DNA of 5,564 nt from a virus (Duplodnaviria > Heunggongvirae > Uroviricota > Caudoviricetes): IMG/VR virus record IMGVR_UViG_2609460125_000012. One strand, given 5' to 3'. Below the pieces are notes generated by a model. The model was not told the origin of the DNA. It worked only from the letters and a program-made list of their open reading frames with translations, and did not search any database. Positions 1 through 5,564 of this stretch are shown in pieces (within the stretch, counting starts at the first letter, position 1; every line of letters begins with the position of its first letter). The position numbers and the translations under genes are program-made.

Positions 1-51
1 CTGCATGACAAGGTCATCGGGCATTATCTGAACATAAAACACTATCAGTAA
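1..51 (+). CDS. insB: IS1 transposase InsB, C-terminal end (partial; 5' end outside window)
   Basis: In-frame translation [16 protein letters not shown] with TAA stop at 49-51, 15 bp inside the IS1 terminus. Confidence 0.85.
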   Translation: MHDKVIGHYLNIKHYQ

Positions 52-66
52 GTTGGAGTCATTACC
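1..66 (+). mobile_element. IS1 insertion sequence, right (insB-proximal) terminus; body of element lies upstream of the window
   Basis: Bases 1-51 read in frame as ...[16 protein letters not shown]-stop, which I recognise as the InsB C-terminus, followed by the IS1 terminal inverted repeat gttggagtcattacc ending at 66. Bases 1-66 are the exact reverse complement of 5363-5428. Confidence 0.9.
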
Positions 67-254
67 GAATCGGGCAATGGCCATGCGATACCGGATGCAA
101 GAAATCGCTGAAAAAGCGTATGTATTGTGGAATGACTGAGACCCAGACGCTGAGCGATGGCCCGGATGGTCAGTTTATCTTCAAATCTTAAACGCAGGGC
201 ATCAGGCAAATAAGAACGGAAGCAGGGAATATCTTTTGTTGTCTGGGAATTCAT
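67..254 (-). pseudogene. Transposase-like HTH protein, N-terminal 62 codons only; reading frame runs into IS1 (ORF 45..254)
   Basis: Translation MNSQTTKDIPCFRSYLPDALRLRFEDKLTIRAIAQRLGLSHSTIHTLFQRFLASGIAWPLPD contains a classic helix-turn-helix (TIRAIAQRLGLSHSTIHTLFQR) of the kind seen in IS30/IS21-type transposase N-termini. The frame continues into IS1 sequence and stops at 45, so the gene is interrupted. Confidence 0.4.
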
Positions 255-352
255 CGTTCGTGTCCATCAATATAGATGGGCGCGATTGTTGCCAGACAGG
301 ACAATTTTCACAAGACGTCGCTGATGGGGCGCTTACCGTAATGATGGCGACA
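67..352 (-). mobile_element. Unidentified IS-like element, left end (possibly IS21-family-like), truncated by the IS1 at 66
   Basis: On the minus strand a TG-initiated sequence (tgtcgccatcatt...) starts directly after the holin stop codon. It carries three CCCATC(A/T)-type direct repeats within about 100 bp, then an ATG at 254 opening an HTH-containing ORF. This layout resembles an IS end with transposase binding repeats; family assignment is inference. Confidence 0.35.
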
Positions 353-568
353 TTATTCACCTCTCGCAGCCTTACGCTTGTCTTCTCTGATTTTGAAGTA
401 CAGATTTGTCAGATAAGTCAGGAAGCCCAGAACCAGACTCCCCAGTACACCAATCGCAGCCCACTGTGACGGACTGACCTGATCAAGCCACTGTAAAAAC
501 CAGTAGCCAGCACTGCCTGCGGAGGTGCCGTAGGCAATGCCCGTTGAAATTTTGTCCATGGATTTCAT
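353..568 (-). CDS. Class II holin (pinholin), phage 21 S21 / EssD-EssQ family, 71 aa with dual-start motif MKSM
   Basis: ORF translation [71 protein letters not shown] matches my recollection of the phage 21 S holin (Met1 antiholin and Met4 holin starts, two TMDs, basic C-terminus). A GGAGGTGA Shine-Dalgarno lies 6 nt upstream (minus strand, 571-578). Confidence 0.9.
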   Translation of the reverse strand: MKSMDKISTGIAYGTSAGSAGYWFLQWLDQVSPSQWAAIGVLGSLVLGFLTYLTNLYFKIREDKRKAARGE

Positions 569-675
569 AGCCTCACCTCCGCAAATAACGGATGGCGTAG
601 TTTTACACTGAGAAATGAAAGGGATTTGAAAAGAAAAAACCGCAAAAGCGGGCGAAACGATATATACAGTAAGGA

Positions 676-854
676 AAGCACTCTATCCAACAAACCACTC
701 ACAGTTAATCGGAATAAAAGCAGAGTGCTTATGAATGATCGCCTGCCCGAAGGTTAGTATTTCTGCACAGCAATTTTGCAAAAAAAAGCGATCATTCATA
801 ACTTAAACGTCTTTCAGTCACTCCGGGATTTCCCATCATCGCAGACTGAAAGAC
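676..854. repeat. Three tandem long-loop inverted repeats (potential stem-loops) in the tRNA-holin spacer
   Basis: Perfect inverted repeats read directly: aagcactct 676-684 with agagtgctt 722-730 (9 bp); atgaatgatcgc 731-742 with gcgatcattcat 788-799 (12 bp); gtctttcagt 809-818 with actgaaagac 845-854 (10 bp). Confidence 0.6.
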
Positions 855-860
855 TCTGAC

Positions 861-935
<75 letters not shown>

Positions 936-938
936 ATA

Positions 939-1014
<76 letters not shown>

Positions 1015-1016
1015 AC

Positions 1017-1093
1017 TGGACCGCCACCGGGGACTCGAACCTCGCACACTCAACTTAAAGGGTTGACGCTCTTTCCTGATGAGCTAGTGGCGG
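1017..1093 (-). tRNA. Atypical tRNA or pseudo-tRNA, anticodon position reads UUU (Lys-like); C33, C1:G72, U73
   Basis: Reverse complement CCGCCACTAGCTCATCAGGAAAGAGCGTCAACCCTTTAAGTTGAGTGTGCGAGGTTCGAGTCCCCGGTGGCGGTCCA has a perfect 7-bp acceptor, perfect D-stem GCTC/GAGC, perfect anticodon stem TCAAC/GTTGA and GGTTCGAGTCC T-arm (one A.C mismatch). The anticodon loop is CCUUUAA, so the near-universal U33 is replaced by C. Confidence 0.5.
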
Positions 1094-1094
1094 T

Positions 1095-1170
1095 TGGTGG
1101 CCCTTGCTGGATTTGAACCAGCGACCTGGCGATTATGAGTCGCTCGCTCTCACCACTGAGCTAAAGGGCC
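1095..1170 (-). tRNA. tRNA with CAU anticodon, most similar to tRNA-Ile2 (lysidine type, ileX-like) rather than elongator Met
   Basis: Reverse complement GGCCCTTTAGCTCAGTGGTGAGAGCGAGCGACTCATAATCGCCAGGTCGCTGGTTCAAATCCAGCAAGGGCCACCA is a canonical cloverleaf with anticodon loop CUCAUAA. It is close to my recollection of E. coli ileX (GGCCCCTTAGCTCAGTGGTTAGAGCAGGCGACTCATAATCGC...). Confidence 0.8.
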
Positions 1171-1274
1171 GGGCGCAGGATAATAACGTTACGAAATCAA
1201 TGTTGCAAGCATTCAAAAATCACCCTTATCTCCTCCACCAGCGCATTCACCATGTCTATCCGAGATAAGTGGCA

Positions 1275-1305
1275 CAAAAAACCCGCTTGTGGGCGGGTTT
1301 TGTTT
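1275..1305 (-). terminator. Rho-independent terminator downstream of the Q-like gene (tR'-like); hairpin is bidirectional
   Basis: Stem acccgc (1281-1286) / gcgggt (1293-1298) with loop ttgtgg. On the minus strand the hairpin is followed by a U5-6 run (plus-strand A-run 1276-1280); on the plus strand it is followed by tttgtttgcttt. Confidence 0.6.
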
Positions 1306-1351
1306 GCTTTGGCCATCACGTACAAAATCGGCAAAGTATCAGATTTGCATG

Positions 1352-1380
1352 AATATATGCCTTTTAATCTACTTTTGCAA
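1352..1380 (-). promoter_or_regulatory. Candidate sigma70 late promoter (pR'-like) overlapping the 3' end of the Q-like gene
   Basis: Minus strand reads TTGCAA (1380..1375), a 17-nt spacer, then TATATT (1357..1352). The predicted start near 1345 lies about 70 nt upstream of the terminator at 1275-1305, the arrangement expected for a Q-dependent pR'/qut/tR' unit. Motif match only. Confidence 0.35.
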
Positions 1381-2059
1381 CACTTTGCTTTGAAAATGCC
1401 GTCTTTTTTTTTGAACGTGTTCTCATTACAAACAATAAAGCCTCACTATCCAGTCGGTGAAAAATGTGTTTCATTGCAACCCAGTGACGAGTAAATGTTT
1501 TGGACCAGTTTTTAGTTGTCACTCCCGCCAGTAATGCCAGCTCCTGGTATTCATAACCTTCCCCACCAAAAAGTTCTGCTTTTACTGCCTGCGCCGCCAG
1601 CCAGATTAATTTTTTCAGGCGTTCCTGCGTTTTCCCTGCAATTTTTCTGGTACCGGATTGAGCATTAAATTCATTCCACGCCCACTGTGTTATCGCGATC
1701 TGATATTCCCAACAAATACTCCCGCTGTAACACCACAACAACCAGGCTTTATAGTGCTCTTCAAGAGACAGAACAGCCCGCCGCCACGATGATGTCGAAA
1801 ACTCAACCGGACTGACCAGAGGAATTGACGTCCCCTTCGCCAGCGATTGCTTTCCCGGGATTGGTGGATTATCCCGCGTTATCATTTTTCCAGTCACTTC
1901 ATCGCGGTACCGGATTTTTTTACGCCTGTAACGCCCTGTATCGAACATGGCATTCTCTTGCCAGGCTTCAAGCTGACCTTTTGTTGCCCCACTCAAATCA
2001 GCGGTGGCGATAATGAGCTGCTCACGCACAAACTGTAAATACTGGTTATTCATGCGCAC
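1364..2059 (-). CDS. Putative late-gene antitermination protein Q-like (231 aa); function assigned mainly by position
   Basis: ORF 1364..2059 lies immediately downstream of rusA (10-nt overlap) and immediately upstream of the promoter/terminator pair, tRNA array and holin, which is the canonical lambdoid Q position. It has a C-terminal HTH-like segment (ELALLAGVTTKNWSKTFTRHW). I could not match it to lambda Q or Q21 from memory. Confidence 0.5.
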   Translation of the reverse strand: MRMNNQYLQFVREQLIIATADLSGATKGQLEAWQENAMFDTGRYRRKKIRYRDEVTGKMITRDNPPIPGKQSLAKGTSIPLVSPVEFSTSSWRRAVLSLEEHYKAWLLWCYSGSICWEYQIAITQWAWNEFNAQSGTRKIAGKTQERLKKLIWLAAQAVKAELFGGEGYEYQELALLAGVTTKNWSKTFTRHWVAMKHIFHRLDSEALLFVMRTRSKKKTAFSKQSVAKVD

Positions 2060-2415
2060 CCCAGTTCTGTGATTTTTATCCCCAGCCGCCCACCAGGAAC
2101 GAGCTGACCGCGCACAATATTGATTTCATCAAACTGCTCGTCGTCTATAAGTAGTCCAGCATGCGTCAGCGCATCCAGCGGTGCCTTCAGGATATTGTCC
2201 AGGTCACGACGGCGCTTATCCGGTGGCTCTGCAATAATCTTTATCGCCAGCCTTCCGGACAGGTTTAATTTCAGTCGCTGCTGGCGAACAATTAGCGCCA
2301 CATCACGGCGATAACGCTCACCGGCTTTTGATACAAAATATGTGCTGCCACGACGTCGCCAGTAGGTGTTCACCGTTGGCGGGTAAGGCAAAACAAATTC
2401 TATGCGTTCGGTCAT
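2050..2415 (-). CDS. rusA: Crossover junction endodeoxyribonuclease RusA (Holliday junction resolvase), 121 aa
   Basis: Translation MTERIEFVLPYPPTVNTYWRRRG...PPDKRRRDLDNILKAPLDALTHAGLLIDDEQ...GGRL shares the RusA hallmark motifs with E. coli RusA as I recall it (LPWPPS.N.YYR..., DRRRRDLDN, DALT.AG...DD.Q). Confidence 0.9.
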   Translation of the reverse strand: MTERIEFVLPYPPTVNTYWRRRGSTYFVSKAGERYRRDVALIVRQQRLKLNLSGRLAIKIIAEPPDKRRRDLDNILKAPLDALTHAGLLIDDEQFDEINIVRGQLVPGGRLGIKITELGCA

Positions 2416-3474
2416 TTATGCTTTCCACTTCAGAACACCCGAATTTCTCGCGTGCATTAAAAAACGAATCAGCAACAACAACTGACTACCGTGTTTTTCT
2501 TCAAAATCTTTTACCCCGGCGTGTAGTTCGTTATGGCATTTACGACACAGCGGAATAACAAACAAATCGTCAGCCTTTGTTCCCATCCCTCCCAGTCCAT
2601 GACCAATGATGTGGTGCGGATCATCTGCCTGATTGCCACACGTCATGCATTTCTGCGTTTTTACCCAGCGCGTGTATACAGGCATCTCTTCCCGTTGTGG
2701 TTTCTGGCGCTGGAGATACTGAGCCGGAGATTCCGGATCAACGGCAATGCTGACCACCGTCTCTTCCTGTGGTGGATTCTGTTGCTGGTGGGCGTGAGGC
2801 AGCGGCGCAAGATTTTTTGTGCGCTGCTTCAGTATGCTGGTGGCGGTCTGCTCTCCCGGCACGATGTCGCTTTCACGGTACATTGAGCGGATTTTTTCCG
2901 CACGCAACCCCAGCGAACGACGTAATACCGCTTCCGGTAGCGCGTCCGCCACCTGATTGCGGACCGCCCACCAGGATAATTCAGCCAGAGATAATTCACG
3001 CTCCTGCGTACCGCTTATTGCGTGACCGATGACGTCAATCATCCATGCTGACAGGTTTTGATGAGCAAGTTGCTCGAGTGATTCGGATGTCTGGTCACGC
3101 AGCTGGTTGTCGCAGTGCCAGCACAATACCATTGCGCCGGTACCATAACGGTGAATGACGGTTTCGCTGTGATGATAATCGCCGTGTGGCCACTGGCAGG
3201 ATTTAATATGGCGCAACAGCCAGTCAGACAATGCGCCAGCACCACCAGCAGCACGAATCACCCGTGCGTTACTGAAAAACGGCAGCAATGTTTTGTCTTC
3301 CACTAGCGGCTGGCGAACGGCAGGAACGACCCCGGACGGCAGATTACGCATGCTTTTCGGTTCCGGCTCCACCAGTACCCGGGTATTGTGGAATACCGGC
3401 ATGGATTCACGACCGGGCTTAAGGACCACCAGCCCGAGTTCCGGAACCAGAACAGGTCGAAGTAATACCCGCAC
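2416..3474 (-). CDS. DUF968-family prophage protein (YdfU-like) with Cys/His-rich HNH-like motifs; GTG start, alternative ATG at 3402
   Basis: 352-aa ORF with two Cys/His clusters: HGDYHHSETVIHRYGTGAMVLCWHCDNQ and CMTCGNQADDPHHIIGHG...PLCRKCHNELH. Size and position (upstream of rusA and Q) match the YdfU-type nin-region protein of lambdoid prophages. GGAGG lies 4 nt before the GTG at 3474. Confidence 0.65.
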   Translation of the reverse strand: MRVLLRPVLVPELGLVVLKPGRESMPVFHNTRVLVEPEPKSMRNLPSGVVPAVRQPLVEDKTLLPFFSNARVIRAAGGAGALSDWLLRHIKSCQWPHGDYHHSETVIHRYGTGAMVLCWHCDNQLRDQTSESLEQLAHQNLSAWMIDVIGHAISGTQERELSLAELSWWAVRNQVADALPEAVLRRSLGLRAEKIRSMYRESDIVPGEQTATSILKQRTKNLAPLPHAHQQQNPPQEETVVSIAVDPESPAQYLQRQKPQREEMPVYTRWVKTQKCMTCGNQADDPHHIIGHGLGGMGTKADDLFVIPLCRKCHNELHAGVKDFEEKHGSQLLLLIRFLMHARNSGVLKWKA

Positions 3475-3475
3475 A

Positions 3476-3754
3476 TTACCTCCAGATCCGTTGCTGGAAT
3501 GTGCAGGACGGACGCGGTGGCCGTTCGGAATAAGGGAGCCTGACGAAGATTATCCAGTGACGATAATCGAGACTGAGGGCTTTCTTAATCTCGTATCCGT
3601 GTCTGCGGTAGCGCTGAATCAGCCATTCAGCCTGTTCTTCGGTGCAGGGGTCGTGCTGATACCCGTCAGATTTGAATGCATGAGAACGCCGCCCGTGCCT
3701 GCTGGCAGGGGCGGCAGAGTTATCCGAATTGTAAAATTTGGTATCGTGCGCCAT
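3476..3754 (-). CDS. Hypothetical small nin-region protein (92 aa from internal ATG; ORF track extends to a GTG at 3883)
   Basis: Open frame MAHDTKFYNSDNSAAPASRHGRRSHAFKSDGYQHDPCTEEQAEWLIQRYRRHGYEIKKALSLDYRHWIIF... The longer GTG-initiated version would overlap the hok terminator hairpin, so the internal ATG is preferred. The Shine-Dalgarno is weak. It sits where Qin-type prophages carry a small gene (rem) between hok and the DUF968 gene; that homology is unverified. Confidence 0.4.
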   Translation of the reverse strand: MAHDTKFYNSDNSAAPASRHGRRSHAFKSDGYQHDPCTEEQAEWLIQRYRRHGYEIKKALSLDYRHWIIFVRLPYSERPPRPSCTFQQRIWR

Positions 3755-3825
3755 CTGTTTTCTCTGCTGGCGCAGCAGGTGCCAGTTGTTCAGGCTGACG
3801 GATGGATTGTAAACCAGAACGACCA

Positions 3826-3853
3826 GAAAAAACAAAACCCGCCGAAGCGGGTT
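3826..3853 (-). terminator. Rho-independent terminator at the 3' end of the hok mRNA
   Basis: Minus strand reads aacccgc-ttcg-gcgggtt (a UUCG tetraloop hairpin) followed by ttgttttttc; plus-strand arms are acccgc 3837-3842 and gcgggt 3847-3852. Confidence 0.7.
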
Positions 3854-3921
3854 AAGTGCGGGTGCGTTGAGGATGCCTGACACATCAGCGGTGGCGAGGG
3901 ATTTCTCCCCCGCCGGGTCTC

Positions 3922-4077
3922 TTACTCCTCAGGTTCGTAAGCTGTGAAGACAGCGACCTCCGTCTGGCCGGTTCGGATTCGTACCTCGCAGAGGTCTTTC
4001 CTCGTTACCAGTGCCGTCACTATGACGGTTAAACAGATGACGATCAGGGCGATTAACATCGCCTTTTGCTGCTTCAT
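3922..4077 (-). CDS. hokD: Hok/Gef-family type I toxin (51 aa), HokD/RelF-like
   Basis: Translation MKQQKAMLIALIVICLTVIVTALVTRKDLCEVRIRTGQTEVAVFTAYEPEE matches my recollection of HokD (RelF). AAGGAG Shine-Dalgarno sits 8 nt upstream (minus strand). The ORF track's 70-aa version starts at an in-frame upstream ATG (4134). Confidence 0.9.
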   Translation of the reverse strand: MKQQKAMLIALIVICLTVIVTALVTRKDLCEVRIRTGQTEVAVFTAYEPEE

Positions 4078-4281
4078 AGCCTGCTTCTCCTTGCCTTTCG
4101 GCACGTAAGAGGCTAACCTACATGTGTTCAGCATGGATTGAGCCTCAGATTAATGTTAAGCGTCTTGCAGGACGCGTAATGTTAACTGGGGCTTTTCTCT
4201 ATCTGCCTTTTGGTGTTCATGCCTGAGACAGATAGCCTCAAGCACCCGCAGTCATTCTACTTAACTAAGATTTCCCTGCAA
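4078..4281 (-). promoter_or_regulatory. hok mRNA leader with candidate promoter, 5' tac-like element and mok-equivalent start
   Basis: Minus-strand -35 TTGCAG (4281..4276), 16-nt spacer, -10 TAGAAT (4259..4254). The predicted 5' end tgcgggtgcttgaggc resembles the plasmid R1 hok mRNA 5' end as I recall it. An upstream ATG at 4134 sits at the position mok occupies in R1. The 5' segment (about 4236-4250) is complementary to the 3' segment cctcaacgcacccgca near 3855-3875. Confidence 0.5.
4126..4195 (+). ncRNA. Candidate Sok-like antisense RNA (coordinates approximate)
   Basis: On the plus strand, TTGCCT (4091-4096), a 17-nt spacer, then TAACCT (4114-4119) form a promoter-like pair antisense to the mok/hok translation initiation region. 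A downstream hairpin gcgtc-ttgcag-gacgc lies at 4160-4175. This matches the position of sok in hok/sok loci. Inferred, not verified. Confidence 0.35.
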
Positions 4282-4336
4282 ACCGTTTTTGTCCGGCACA
4301 GTAAATATCCAACTAAACCAATAGCGTTCGCTGTAT

Positions 4337-4516
4337 TTACCGCCAGTATTCAATGCACATGACCGCCATGAACACCCCTAAAAAAAGGGCATTTATATGT
4401 CCAAACATTAATATCAAAACATCAATTTTTTCCATATACCTTGCTGTGAAGATGATGGGCATACATGATGCGAACAACCAGAACGCAACAAACAAAAACT
4501 GCAATGCGTTTTTCAT
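4337..4516 (-). CDS. Hypothetical small hydrophobic peptide (59 aa, two predicted TM segments) in an AT-rich island
   Basis: Frame MKNALQFLFVAFWLFASCMPIIFTARYMEKIDVLILMFGHINALFLGVFMAVMCIEYWR with AGGGGG Shine-Dalgarno about 6 nt upstream of the ATG at 4516. The surrounding region (about 4340-4700) is markedly AT-rich, so this could also be a chance ORF in a regulatory region. Confidence 0.25.
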   Translation of the reverse strand: MKNALQFLFVAFWLFASCMPIIFTARYMEKIDVLILMFGHINALFLGVFMAVMCIEYWR

Positions 4517-4728
4517 TATTCCCCCTACAATCAATGTGCAATAACATTTAAACACACCTCAATTTGGCCGGACATATAAATATCTAAACCAGAAAAAATC
4601 ACTTACATAGCGTTACAAACTCTTTAGTCTAAATACTCATCGTAAAACATTCCCCATACTTATCAGTCCGTTCCGCGCCAGGTAGCTTATTGCCTTATCT
4701 GGCAACCTATAATCAGGTTTCCGCTTTT

Positions 4729-5151
4729 TCAGTTGGCTGGTCGTTTAACCGACATAGTTAACCCATTAATCTGGTTGCCGGATGCTGGTGGATTTTCGCG
4801 TTTTAATTGTTCATAAAAGTGCACAGCTTTAACCAGTTCTTCTGATGTAACCGGGACTGGTGGGGCAGTGAATAAGGCCTGAATTTCATAGTTCGGCCTG
4901 TCGTTACAATCCTCTTTTTTCGGTACATATTTCCAGTCACCAACCCACAACTCCCCCTGAGAGTCCATAACACCTTTTTTCACGTAGCGATATCGCCACG
5001 CTATCGGCTCTGCTTCCAGCGATGCCCGTGCAATTTTGAATAACTCGCCCTCTACTCGCGCCATCCCTGAATTGGGGTGGCATTTCGTAATCGCTATTTT
5101 TAATTTGGCTTCTTCGATTAATTGTTCTTTTGTTAATTCAGTCATTTTCAT
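4729..5151 (-). CDS. Hypothetical protein, 140 aa, no family recognised
   Basis: Clean 140-codon ORF (MKMTELTKEQLIEEAKLKIAITK...WVGDWKYVPKKEDCNDRP...) with balanced composition and a TTA-rich codon choice suggesting foreign origin. The antisense ORF 5036..5224 is less plausible. Confidence 0.55.
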   Translation of the reverse strand: MKMTELTKEQLIEEAKLKIAITKCHPNSGMARVEGELFKIARASLEAEPIAWRYRYVKKGVMDSQGELWVGDWKYVPKKEDCNDRPNYEIQALFTAPPVPVTSEELVKAVHFYEQLKRENPPASGNQINGLTMSVKRPAN

Positions 5152-5362
5152 TACCGCCCTGGTAATGCTGCCACCAGCGAAAATGGTTAATGGAAAACGG
5201 GCTTCCGTTCTATACCAATCGTAGTGGCAAACCGATTGTCAGCCGGGATCTATTTACCTGCAATAAAACTTTACCACCACGCGAGGTAGAGCCGAATTTT
5301 GGTGCGATCTGATGGGAAGACGAAGGAAAAATCCTGAACACGAAAAATTACCTCCAAATGTA

Positions 5363-5564
5363 GGTAATGACTCCAACTTACTGATAGTGTTTTATGTTCA
5401 GATAATGCCCGATGACCTTGTCATGCAGCTCCACCGATTTTGAGAACGACAGTGACTTCCGTACCAGCCTTGCCAGATGTTGTCTCAGATTCAGATTATG
5501 TCGCTCAATGCGCTGAGTGTAACGCTTGCTGATAACGTGCAGCTTTCCCTTCAGGCGTGATTCA
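5363..5564 (-). mobile_element. IS1 insertion sequence, right terminus, inverted relative to the copy at 1-66; body continues beyond window end
   Basis: ggtaatgactccaacttactgatag... from 5363 is the IS1 terminal inverted repeat. 5363-5428 is the exact reverse complement of 1-66, and the internal sequence continues as IS1-like insB-region sequence to 5564. Confidence 0.9.
5378..5564 (-). CDS. insB: IS1 transposase InsB, C-terminal part (partial; 5' end outside window)
   Basis: Reverse complement of 5378-5428 encodes ...[16 protein letters not shown]-stop, identical to 1-51. The frame stays open to the window edge. Confidence 0.85.
   Translation of the reverse strand, partial: ESRLKGKLHVISKRYTQRIERHNLNLRQHLARLVRKSLSFSKSVELHDKVIGHYLNIKHYQ

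Noticed and set aside
236-469. Plus-strand ORF (77 aa) overlapping the holin and transposase fragment
   Set aside because: Antisense to the well-supported holin gene, with no Shine-Dalgarno and no recognisable protein features; treated as a chance ORF.
569-860. Possible Shiga-toxin (stxAB) or other moron genes between the tRNAs and the holin
   Set aside because: Only about 290 bp of noncoding, highly structured sequence lies here, which is too short for stxAB; no toxin genes are present.
1252-1494. Plus-strand ORF (80 aa) spanning the terminator/promoter region downstream of the Q-like gene
   Set aside because: It runs through the terminator hairpin and promoter-like elements and overlaps the 3' end of the Q-like gene; regulatory DNA is the better explanation.
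1825-3306. Plus-strand ORFs 1825..2013, 1847..2038, 2120..2314, 2328..2558, 2533..2886, 2769..3032, 3115..3306 and minus-strand 3039..3254
   Set aside because: All are embedded antisense or out of frame within the Q-like, rusA and DUF968 genes, which are better supported by homology, coupling and gene order.
3474-3478. Possible programmed frameshift or fusion between the 3476..3754 ORF and the DUF968 ORF at the TAATG/GTG junction
   Set aside because: The downstream ORF alone is already the length I recall for YdfU-type DUF968 proteins (about 350 aa), and the ATG overlapping the stop opens a third, short frame, so two separate genes is the simpler reading.
3293-3883. Plus-strand 195-aa ORF, and the GTG-extended 135-aa version of the minus-strand ORF ending at 3476
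   Set aside because: The plus-strand ORF is antisense to the DUF968 and small nin ORFs and is Arg/Gly/Thr-rich in a GC-rich region. The GTG extension to 3883 would run through the hok terminator hairpin, so the internal ATG at 3754 is preferred.
4353-4544. Plus-strand ORF (63 aa) in the AT-rich island
   Set aside because: Asn/Ile-rich translation typical of AT-rich noncoding DNA, and antisense to the small hydrophobic ORF, which at least has a Shine-Dalgarno; neither is strongly supported.
5036-5224. Plus-strand ORF (62 aa) antisense to the 140-aa ORF
   Set aside because: Shorter than and antisense to the cleaner minus-strand ORF, with no ribosome-binding site.

Overview
This window looks like a decayed lambdoid prophage segment from an E. 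coli/Shigella-type genome, bracketed by two inverted IS1 termini (1-66 and 5363-5564; the first 66 bp of each are exact reverse complements). All supported genes are on the minus strand, in nin-region to late-operon order: an unassigned 140-aa ORF, a small AT-rich membrane-peptide ORF, a complete hok/sok-type type I toxin-antitoxin locus, a short hypothetical ORF, a DUF968 Cys/His-rich protein, RusA resolvase, a Q-like antiterminator candidate with promoter/terminator downstream, a tight four-tRNA array, a highly structured 290-bp spacer, and an S21-type pinholin. The lysis cassette stops after the holin: no endolysin or Rz follows, and an IS-like left end with an HTH transposase fragment begins at the holin stop codon and is itself cut by IS1. 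Nothing here is demonstrably a new system; the best candidates for further work are the atypical tRNA, the three tandem hairpins before the holin, and the two unassigned ORFs upstream of hok. All calls rest on reading the sequence and on recalled family sequences; no searches were run.
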